Origin: Eledone cirrhosa
Taxonomy: Eukaryota
Direction of reading: 5' to 3'
Assembly: GCA_964016885.1 (NCBI GenBank)
Contig: OZ024740.1
Span: forward strand, 29,698,001 to 29,762,000
DNA: 64,000 nucleotides
Shown here piece by piece: positions 53,601 to 64,000 of this stretch (position 1 is its first letter; every line of letters starts with the position of its first letter). The position numbers were made by a program, and so were the translations under genes. The notes below the pieces were generated by a model. The model saw nothing but the letters and a program-made list of their open reading frames with translations. It made no database searches and was not told the DNA's origin.

Positions 53601-56259
53601 TTGTCGGGGCACTGCGTCCTTTAAAACTTCCATGGAACAAACTACCTCCATCAGTTGTTATCTGTCGTGACACTGCATCCTTTAAATCTTCCATGGAAGA
53701 AACTACCTCCATCAGTTGTTAGCTGTCGAGACAGTGCATCCTTTAAAACCTCCATGGAGCAAACTACCTGCATCAGTTGTTAGCTGTCGGGATACTGCAT
53801 CATGTAAAACCTCCATGGAACAAACTACCTGCCTCAGTTGGTAGCTGTCGAGACACTGCATCCTTTAAATCCCGATGGAACAAACTATCTCCCTCAGTTG
53901 TTAGTTGTCGGGGCACTGCATCCTTTAAAACTTCCATGGAACAAAGTAGCTGCATCAATTGTTATCTGTCGGGACACTGCTTCCTTTAAAACTTCCATGG
54001 AACAAACTACCCGCATCAGTTGTTAACTGTCGAGACACTGCACCCTTTAAAACATCCATGGAACAAACTACCTGCATCAGTTGTTATCTGTCGGGATACT
54101 GCATCCCTTAAAACCTCCAGGGAACAAACTACCTGCATCAGTTGTTAGCTGTCGAGACACTGCATCCCTTAAAACCTCCAGGGAACAAACTACCTGCATC
54201 AGTTGTTATCTGTCGGGACACTGCATCCCTTAAAACCTCCAGGGAACAAACTACCTACATCAGTTGTTAGCTGTCGGGACACTGCATCCTTAAACACTTT
54301 CATGGAACAAATTACCTGCCTCAGTAGTTAGTTGTCGAGGCACTGCATCCTTTAAATCTTCCGTGGAACAAACTACCTGCATCAGTTGTTATCTGTCGTT
54401 ACACTGCATCCTTTAAAACCTACATGGAGCAAACTACCTGCATCAGTTGTTAGCTGTCAAGACACTGCATCCTTTATAACTTCCATGGAACAAACTACCT
54501 GCATCAGTTGTTAGCTGTCGAGACGCTGCATCCTTTAAACACTCCATGGAACAAACTACATGCATCAGTTATTAGCTGTCGGGACACTGCATGCTTTAAA
54601 ACTTCCATGGAACAAACTACCTGCATCAGTTGTTATCTGTCGGTACACTGCATCCTTTAGAACCTTCAGGGAAAGAACTACCTCCATCAGTTGTTAGCGG
54701 TCGGGACACTGCATCCTTTAACACTTTCATGGAACAAATTACCTGCCTCTGTTGTTAGTTGTCGAGACACTGCATCCTTTAAATATTCCATGGAACAAAC
54801 TACCTGCATCAGATGTTAGCTGTCGAGACACTGCATCCTTTAAAATCTCCATGGAACACACTACATTCATCAGTTGTTATCTGTCGGGACACTGCATCCT
54901 TTAGCACTTTCATGGAACAAATTTCCTGCCTCTGTTTTTGCTGTCGGGACACTGCATCATGTAAAACCTCCATGGAACAAATTACCTGCATCAGTTGTTA
55001 GCTGTCAAGACACTGCATCCTTTAAAACTTCCATGGGACAAACTACCTGCATCAGTTGTTAGCTGTCGAGACACTGCATCCTTTTAAACCTACCTGGAAC
55101 AAACTACGTGCATCAGTTGTTAGCTGTCAAGACACTGCATCATGTAAAACCTCCATGGAACAAACTACCTGCATCAGTTGTTAGCTGTCGAGACAATGCA
55201 TCCTTTAAATCTTCCATGGAAGAAACTACCTCCATCAGTTGTTAGCTGTCGAGACACTGCATCATTTAAAACCTCCATGGAGCAAACTACCTGCATCAGT
55301 GGTTAGCTGTCGGGACACTGCATTCTTTAAAACTTCCATGGAACAAACTACCTGCATCAGTTGTTAGCTGTCAAGACACTGCATCATGTAAAACCTCCAT
55401 GGAACAAACTACCTGCATCAGTTGTTAGCTGTCGAGACACTGCATCCTTTAAAACCCCATGGAAAAACTACCTGCATCAGTTGTTAGCTGTTGAGACACT
55501 GCATCATTTAAAACTTCCATGGAACAAACTACCTCCATCTGTTGTTATCTGTCGGGACACTGCATCCTTTAAAACATACATGGAACAAACTACCTGCATC
55601 AGTTGTTAGCGGTCGGGACACTGCATCCTTAAACACTTTCATGGAACAAATTACCTGCCTATGTTGTTAGTTGTCGAGATACTACATCCTTTAAATCTTC
55701 CATGGAACAAACTACATGCCTCAGTTGTTAGCTGTCGGGACAATGAATGCTTTAAAACTTCCAAGGAACAAACTACCTGCATCAGTTGTTAGTTGTCGAG
55801 ACACTGCATCCTTTAAAACCTCCATGGAACAAACTACCTGCATCAGTTGTTATCTGTCGGGACACGGCATCCTTTAACACTTTCATGGAACAAATTTCCT
55901 GCCTCTGTTTTTGCTGTCGGGACACTGCATGCTTTAAAACATCCTTGGAACAAATTACCTGCATCATTTGTTAGTTGTCGAGACACTGCATCCTTTAAAT
56001 CTTCCGTGGAACAAACTACCTGCATCAGATGTTAGCTGTCGAGACACTGCATTCGTTAAAATCCCATGGAACAAACTACCTGCATCAGTTGTTAGCTGTC
56101 GAGACACTGCATCCTTTACAACTTCCATGGAACAAACTACCTGCATCAGTTGTTAGCTGTCGGTACACTGCATCCTTTAAAACTTCCATAGAACAAACTG
56201 CCTGCATCAGTTGTTAGCTGTCGAGACAGTGCATCCTTTAAAACCTCCATGGAGCAAAC
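50692..56259. repeat. 61-bp satellite, left arm (~91 copies); consensus CATGGAACAAACTACCTGCATCAGTTGTTAGCTGTCGAGACACTGCATCCTTTAAAACCTC
   Basis: Tandem units drift by 1 nt per 60-nt line, and ORF starts recur at 61-nt offsets. Confidence 0.97.
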
Positions 56260-56813
56260 TGTAGTGACCTACATTCCGCGGGCTCACATGCATTCTCTGT
56301 GCGTGATTTGGCTCAGTTCAGCCAATCAGCGCCAGTATAAGAGGATGTATCCCTACGCGCCCTGAGGAAGAAATTCCCCGCGAAGGTTTGAAGAATCTCT
56401 AGCTTGTACCAGAAACTTCGAGCCAGCAACACGCATAATGTAACGGTGAGATATTGCACCCCTAGCCTCGCCGGCTTAACGGCGCAATGGCACATTCCCT
56501 AATGTAACCTCTTTTTATCTGTAACTTCAACCATATAAATAAACAAACATTTCATCTCTAATTACTGCGGTTGAAGTCGTTATTATGTTTACTCTTGTCT
56601 CAATGACATCTTTAATCCATGCTGCTGGAATTGGCGACCTGACGAAAGGAATATTGTAAATAGATGGTAAATAGATCGAGGGACCTTCCCTCACGTCTAT
56701 GTCAACAAGATAATCCAACGAGGATACTATCACTTACCACACTGGCAACTAACGACCACTGATTCTGCCACCCTGCTAATGTGGCGATAACATCTACAAC
56801 TAATACTGCTAAA
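56260..56813 (+). repeat. 5' LTR (554 bp)
   Basis: TGTAGTG...CTGCTAAA. CCAAT at 56322, TATAAG at 56336, AATAAA at 56538. Confidence 0.93.
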
Positions 56814-56814
56814 G

Positions 56815-56827
56815 TGGTGACCGACGT
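56815..56827 (+). other. Primer-binding site, tRNA-Trp-like
   Basis: TGGTGACCGACGT begins 1 nt after the LTR. It equals the canonical tRNA-Trp PBS TGGTGACCCCGACGT minus two C. Confidence 0.75.
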
Positions 56828-58378
56828 AAGAATATCACGCAGCCCTTCTCATTCATTCAGTTTAACTTTTATTGCCACGTCGCAACTTGCGAAAATCCAG
56901 AATATTCCTTTTAAGATTTTTGAAAAATTGGCAGTATTTCAAAAACTTTTTCGCCACGAAAAAATTTCAAGATGGCTACCGACATGTCATGGCTACGCTT
57001 GACAACAACAATGACAGCAGCAGCGACAGCGTTGTTTAACCACTGACCAATACAGGGAACAGTGAGTGGCAGCTTCATAACCTTACCGACGCCAACCACC
57101 ACACATCGGAAATTTCAAAACGGCTTGTAACTTTACCGACGCAACCACCATACCTTCTGTCTCGTTACCACAGGGACGCGAGAAATTGAGACAGTAGTTT
57201 TCTCACCATTATGGCGTCAGACGTGACTGCCATATTTGGTGACTCCTACTCTACAGAAGATTCTTTGACTTTGCTTTAACAATAAGCAACACAACCGTGT
57301 GGCGGGACGGGAAATTGGCCACGAAATCTCACAAAAACACCATACATCTAACCCCTAACGGCATTAACAAACTTCTTTTTCAGTTTTCAGATAGAACTAG
57401 TGTCTGTACACTGGTGATGTGTGAACTATTTGACTTTGAAAAACTTTGAACTTATTGAGCAATTTCTCTGCTCCCCTAGATTGACTTTGAATTATCAGTT
57501 TGTTACATTCACATATTTCTTTGTAGAATGCATTTACTTGTTTTGTGCTCTTTTGCTATTTGCTTGCTCATGGTTTTTGTTCATTCACATTCTTTGCTGT
57601 TTTACATGCCTGCATATGCACACATTTTTTTTATCACACACCAACATGTTGTTCTTGGTATATGTTCTTCAAACGTAATATTCTGCGAGTCCCTTTTCAC
57701 CTGGTTGAGATGCTGGCAGCTCACAGAGCTTAATCCACTGGATTCAAACAGTCACCGCAACACGAGGATACTAGTTGCCGCTGAACTCAAACAGCTTCGC
57801 ATCTCGTTGCACACTGATCGTCCATGACGGCCATCCGTATTGTTGTTTTTGCCCGACTCGCTGGGAAAGCAACAAATTGAACTGGACTTGTCAACATTTC
57901 GGCCACTTCTGTGGGTTCGCCCGAATTATGGAATTTACACTGCAACCCACCTACAGATTAAACTTGCCTTTTGTTCTTTACAAAGCAACCAGCCATTTTT
58001 TCCTGGCTCCACAGCACATTCGACAATACATCTGGGGGCCATCATTTTCTCGCCAGCACTGGTAAACTACCATAATAGCTTCGTTCACAGCTACTGGTAC
58101 AACGCTTACCATTAACATTTAATGCAAGAACAGCAACCTCGCCCATGTCAGACTTTATCCGTTTTTTGTTAGACCTTTGGCGGTCACGTATAAACAACAA
58201 AACAACTGGTCATTTGACACAGCGGCTCAACACGGCCCGTAGCGCCTCATTTTTTGTTCTTGCATGCAACCTTCTGCTCAATTATTTTTTTCACTGATGT
58301 GCTCTTTCAGCATTTGTTCTTGCTGATTTAATATGTGAGTCCTTGGTTTCTTCGTTATCGATTTTCGGCTGAAAATCT

Positions 58379-58390
58379 GGTTGGAGGTGA
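58379..58390 (+). other. Degenerate polypurine tract
   Basis: GGTTGGAGGTGA lies immediately before the 3' LTR. Position fits, purity is poor. Confidence 0.5.
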
Positions 58391-58944
58391 TGTAGTGACC
58401 TACATTCCGCGGGCTCACATGCATTCTCTGTGCGTGATTTGGCTCAGTTCAGCCAATCAGCGCCAGTAGAAGAGGATGTATCCCTACGCGCCCTGAGGAA
58501 GAAATTCCCCGCGAAGATTTGAAGAATCTCTAGCTTGTACCAGAAACTTCGAGCCAGCAACACGCATAATGTAACAGTGAGATATTGCACCCCTAGCCTC
58601 GCCGGCTTAACGGCGCAATGGCACATTCCCTAATGTAACCTCTTTTTATCTGTAACTTCAACCATATAAATAAACAAACATTTCATCTCTAATTACTGCG
58701 ATTGAAGTCGTTATTATGTTTACTCTTGTCTCAATGACATCTTTAATCCATGCTGCTGGAATTGGCGACCTGACGAAAGGAATATTGTAAATAGATGGTA
58801 AATAGATCGAGGGACCTTCCCTCACGTCTATGTCAACAAGATAATCCAACGAGGATACTATCACTTACCACACTGGCAACTAACGACCACTGATTCTGCC
58901 ACCCTGCTAATGTGGCGATAACATCTACAACTAATACTGCTAAA
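58391..58944 (+). repeat. 3' LTR (554 bp)
   Basis: Copy of 56260-56813 at offset 2131. By eye there are 4 substitutions (58469, 58517, 58576, 58701). Confidence 0.93.
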
Positions 58945-61900
58945 AAACTACCTGCATCAGTTGTTAGCTGTCGGGATACTGCATCATGTAAAACCTCCAT
59001 GGAACAAACTGCCTGCCTCAGTTGTTAGCTGTCGAGCCACTGCATCATTTAAAACCTCCATGGAACAAACTCCCTCCATCAGTTGTTAGCTGTCGAGACA
59101 CTGCATCCTTTAAATCCCGATGGAACAAACTATCTCCCTCAATTGTTAGTTGTCGGGGCACTGCATCCTTTAAAACTCCCATGGAACAAACTAGCTCCAT
59201 CAATTGTTATCTGTCGGGACACTGCATCCTTTAAAACTTCCATGGACCAAACTACCCGCATCAGTTGTTAACTGTCGAGACACTGCACACTTTAAAACCT
59301 CCATGGAACAAACTACCAGCATCAGTTGTTAACTGAAAGACACTGCATCCTTTAAAACCCCCATGGAACAAACTACCTGCATCAGTTGTTATCTGTTGGG
59401 ACACTGCATCCTCTAAAACCTCCATGGAACAAACTACCTGCATCAGTTGTTAGCTGTCGGGATACTGCATCCTTAAACACATTCATGGAACAAATTACCT
59501 GCCTCAGTTGTTAGTTGTCGAGACACTGCATCCTTTAAATTTTCCGTGGAACAAACTACCTGCATCAGATGTTAGCTTTCGAGACACTGCATTCGTTAAA
59601 ACCCCATGGAACAAACTACCTGCATCAGTTGTTAGCTGTCGAGCCACTGCATCATTTAAAACCTCCATGGAACAAACTCCCTCCATCAGTTGTTAGCTGT
59701 CGAGACAGTGCATCCTTTAAATCCTACATGGAACAAACTATCTCCCTCAATTGTTAGTTGTCGGGGCACTGATTCCTTTAAAACTCCCATGGAACAAACT
59801 AGTTCCATCAATTGTTATCTGTCGGGACACTGCATCCTTTAAAACTTCCATGGACCAAACTACCCGCATCAGTTGTTAACTGTCGAGACACTGCACCCTT
59901 TAAATCTTCCGTGGAACAAACTACCTGCATCAGATGTTAGCTGTCGAGACACTGCATTCGTTAAAACCCCATGGAACAAACTTCCTGCATCAGTTGTTAG
60001 CTGTCGGTACACTGCATCCTTTAAAACTTCCATGGAACAAACTACATGCATCAGTTGTTAGCTGTCGGTACACTGCATCCTTTAAACTTCCATGGAACAA
60101 ACTACCTGCATCAGTTGTTAGCAGTCGAGACACTGTATCCTTTAAAACCTCCATGGAACAAACTACATGCATCAGTTATTAGCTGTCGGGACACTGCATC
60201 CTTTAAAACTTCCATGGAACAAACTACCTGCATCAGTTGTTAGCTGTCGAGACACTGCATCCTTTAAAACCTCCATGGAACAAATTACATGCATCAGTTG
60301 TTATCTGTCGGGACACTGCATCATGTAAAACCTCCATGGAACAAACTACCTGCATCAGTTGTTAGCTGTCGAGACACTGCTTCATTTAAAACCTACATGG
60401 AACAAACTACCTGCATCAGTTGTTATCTGTCGGGACACTGCATCCTTAAACACTTTCATGGAACAAATTACCTGCCTCAGTTGTTAGTTGTCGGGGCACT
60501 GCACCCTTAAAAACTTCCATGGAACAAACTACTTCCATCAGTTGTTATCTGTCGGGACACTGCATCATGTAAAACCTCCATGGAACAAACTACCTGCATC
60601 AGTTGTTAGCTGTCGAGACACTGCATCCTTTAAAACCTCCATGGAACAAACTACATGCATCAGTTGTTATCTGTCGTGACACTGCATCCTATAAAACCTA
60701 CATGGAACAAACTACCTGCATCAGTTGTTATCTGTCGGTACACTGAATACTTTAACACTTTCATGGAACAAATTACCTGCCTCTGTTTTAACTGTCGGGA
60801 CTCTGCATGCTTTAAAACATCCTTGGAACAAACTACCTGCATCAGTTGTTAGCTGTCGAGACACTGCATCCTTTAAAACCTCCATGGAACAAACTATTTT
60901 CATCAGTTGTTAACTGTCGAGACACTGCATCCTTTAACACTTTCATGGAACAAATTACCTGCCTCTGTTGTTAGTTGTCGAGACACTAAATACTTTAAAT
61001 CTTCCATGGAACAAACTACCTGCATCAGTTGTTAGCTGTCGAGACACTGCATTCTTTAAATCTTCCATGGAACAAACTACCTGCATCAGATGTTAGCTGT
61101 CGAGACACTGCATCCTTTAAAACCTCCATGGAACACTACCTGCATCAGTTGTTAGCTGTCGGGGCACTGCATCCTTTAAAACTTCCATGGAACAAACTAC
61201 CTACATCAGTTGTTAACTGTCGAGACACTGCATCCTTTAAACACTTCATGGAACAAACTACATGCATCAGTTATTAGCTGTCGAGACACGGCATCCTTTA
61301 AAACCTACATGGAACAAACTACCTGCATCAGTTGTTAGCTGTCGAGACACTGCATCCTTTAAAACCTCCATGGAACACTACCTGCATCAGTTGTTAGCTG
61401 TCGGGGCACTGCATCCTTTAAAACTTCCATGGAACAAACTACCTACATCAGTTGTTAACTGTCGAGACACTGCATCCTTTAAACACTTCATGGAACAAAC
61501 TACATGCATCAGTTATTAGCTGTCGGGACACTGCATGTTTTAAAACTTCCATGGAACAAACTACCTGCATCAATTGTTAGCTGTCGAGACACTGCATCCT
61601 ATAAAACCTCCATGGAACACTACCTGCATCAGTCGTTATCTGTCGGGACACTGCATCCTTTAACACTTTCATGGAACAAATTACCAGCCTCTGTTTTAGC
61701 TGTCGGGACTCTGCATGATTTAAAACATCCTTGGAACAAATTACCTGCATCAGATGTTAGCTGTTGAGACACTGCATCCTTTCAAACCTCCATGGAACAC
61801 AGTACCTGTCTCAGTTGTTAGCTGTCGAGATATTGCATTCTTTAAAAGCCCATGCAAAAAACTACCTGCATAAGTTGTTAGCTGTCGAGACACTGCATCC

Positions 61901-64000
61901 TTTAAAACTTCCATGGAACAAACTACATGCATCAGTTATTAGCTGTCGGGACACTGCATGTTTTAAAACTTCCATGGAACAAACTACCTGCATCAGTTGT
62001 TAGCTGTCGAGACACGGCATCCTTTAAAACCTCCATGGAACACTACCTGCATCAGTTGTTATCTGTCGGGACACTGCATCCTTTAACACTTTCATGGAAC
62101 ATATTACCTGCCTCAGTTTTAGCTGTCGGGCAACTGCACGCTTTAAAACCTACATGGAACAAACTACCTGCATCAGTTGTTAGCTCTTGAGACACTGCAT
62201 CCTTTAAAACCTACATGGAACAAACTACCTGCATCAGTTGTTAGCTCTCGAGACACTGCATCCTTTAAAACCTACATGGAACAAACTACCTGCATCAGTT
62301 GTTAGCTGTCGAGACACTGCATCCTTTAAAACCTCCATGGAACACACTACCTGCATCAGTTGTTAGCTGTCGAGACACTGCATCCTTTAAAATTTACATC
62401 GAAGAAACTACCTGTATCAGTTGTTAGCTGTCGAGACACTGCATCCTTTAAATCCCGATGGAACAAACTATCTCCCTCAATTGTTAGTTGTCGGGGCACT
62501 GCATCCTTTAAAACTCCCATGGAACAAACTAGCTCCATCAATTGTTATCTGTCGGGACACTGCATCCTTTAAAACTTCCATGGACCAAACTACCCGCATC
62601 AGTTGTTAACTGTCGAGACACTGCACCCTTTAAAACCTCCATGGAACAAACTACCAGCATCAGTTGTTAGCTGTCAAGACACTGCATCCTTTAAAACCCC
62701 CATGGAACAAACTACCTGCATCAGTTGTTATCTGTTGGGACACTGCATCCTCTAAAACCTCCATGGAACAAACTACCTGCATCAGTTGTTAGCTGTCGGG
62801 ATACTGCATCCTTAAACACATTCATGGAACAAATTACCTGCCTCAGTTGTTAGTTGTCGAGACACTGCATCCTTTAAATTTTCCGTGGAACAAACTACCT
62901 GCATCAGATGTTAGCTGTCGAGACACTGCATTCGTTAAAACCCCATGGAACAAACTACCTGCATCAGTTGTTAGCTGTCGAGCCACTGCATCATTTAAAA
63001 CCTCCATGGAACAAACTCCCTCCATCAGTTGTTAGCTGTCGAGACACTGCATCCTTTAAATCCTACATGGAACAAACTATCTCCCTCAATTGTTAGTTGT
63101 CGGGGCACTGCATCCTTTAAAACTCCCATGGAACAAACTAGTTCCATCAATTGTTATCTGTCGGGACACTGCATCCTTTAAAACTTCCATGGACCAAACT
63201 ACCCGCATCAGTTGTTAACTGTCGAGACACTGCACCCTTTAAATCTTCCGTGGAACAAACTACCTGCATCAGATGTTAGCTGTCGAGACACTGCATTCGT
63301 TAAAACCCCATGGAACAAACTTCCTGCATCAGTTGTTAGCTGTCGGTACACTGCATCCTTTAAAACTTCCATGGAACAAACTACATGCATCAGTTGTTAG
63401 CTGTCGGTACACTGCATCCTTTAAAACTTCCATGGAACAAACTACCTGCATCAGTTGTTAGCAGTCGAGACACTGTATCCTTTAAAACCTCCATGGAACA
63501 AACTACATGCATCAGTTATTAGCTGTCGGGACACTGCATCCTTTAAAACTTCCATTGAACAAACTACCTGCATCAGTTGTTAGCTGTCGAGACACTGCAT
63601 CCTTTAAAACCTCCATGGAACAAACTACATGCATCAGTTGTTATCTGTCGGGAGACTGCATCATGTAAAACCTCCATGGAACAAACTACCTGCATCAGTT
63701 GTTAGCTGTCGAGACACTGCATCCTTTAAAACCCCATGGAAAAAACTACCTGCATCAGTTGTTAGCTGTCGAGACACTGCTTCATTTAAAACCTACATGA
63801 AACAAACTACCTGCATCAGTTGTTATCTGTCGGGACACTGCATCCTTAAACACTTTCATGGAACAAATTACCTGCCTCAGTTGTTAGTTGTCGGGGCACT
63901 GCACCCTTAAAAACTTCCATGGAACAAACTACTTCCATCAGTTGTTATCTGTCGGGACACTGCATCATGTAAAACCTCCATGGAAAAAACTACCTGCATC
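58945..64000. repeat. 61-bp satellite, right arm (~83 copies, continues past the window)
   Basis: The same monomer resumes in register after the TSD. Confidence 0.97.

Larger units (their letters stand above)
56260..58944 (+). mobile_element. Non-autonomous LTR retroelement (Ty3/Gypsy-type, possibly CsRn1-lineage derived), 2685 bp
   Basis: Two 554-bp direct repeats, 4-bp TSD AAAC (56256-56259 and 58945-58948), PBS-like sequence after the 5' LTR, purine-rich tract before the 3' LTR, and no long internal ORF. Confidence 0.93.

Noticed and set aside
56355-56700. Hammerhead ribozyme or retrozyme in the LTR (CTGAGGA at ~56362, CTGACGA at ~56639)
   Set aside because: I could not find stem II followed directly by GAAA with a compatible stem III and cleavage triplet. 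An Infernal search would settle it.
56313-58864. Short duplicated ORFs in the LTRs and short interior ORFs
   Set aside because: They have no recognisable domains, and their duplication simply reflects LTR identity.
50916-63910. Many 60-90 aa ORFs in the 61-bp array as genes
   Set aside because: They arise from three 61-bp units cycling through the reading frames. Only the single-monomer motif is informative.
49194-64000. CRISPR-like appearance of regular repeats
   Set aside because: The units are head-to-tail with no unique spacers, there are no cas genes, and the context is eukaryotic.

Overview
This is an animal, repeat-dense window that looks heterochromatic. The (TA)n/(CA)n/(CT)n microsatellite style suggests a mollusc or cephalopod, but that is only an impression. 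I found no credible host protein-coding gene. Layout: simple repeats (1-1.0 kb); a ~47.5 kb array of a pyrimidine-rich 30-bp monomer (~1,500 copies, nested higher-order duplications, one 200-N gap); inside it, a 5'-truncated L1/Tx1-type LINE (44880-47332; RT plus CCHC finger, 10-bp TSD, structured 3' UTR); a ~250-bp unique island with CCAAT and X-box-like motifs; a GTT/GGT tract; a 54-bp minisatellite; and a 61-bp satellite running to the end. A young, non-coding LTR element interrupts the 61-bp satellite (56260-58944; 554-bp LTRs with 4 differences, AAAC TSD, tRNA-Trp-like PBS). The most interesting observation is that the 61-bp monomer translates to the conserved C-terminal motif of CR1/L2-type LINE ORF2, so this satellite appears to come from a retrotransposon coding fragment. 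Both TE insertions also have recognisable empty-site paralogues inside their own arrays. I do not see firm evidence of a wholly new biological system. Nearly all ORFs in the track are repeat artefacts.
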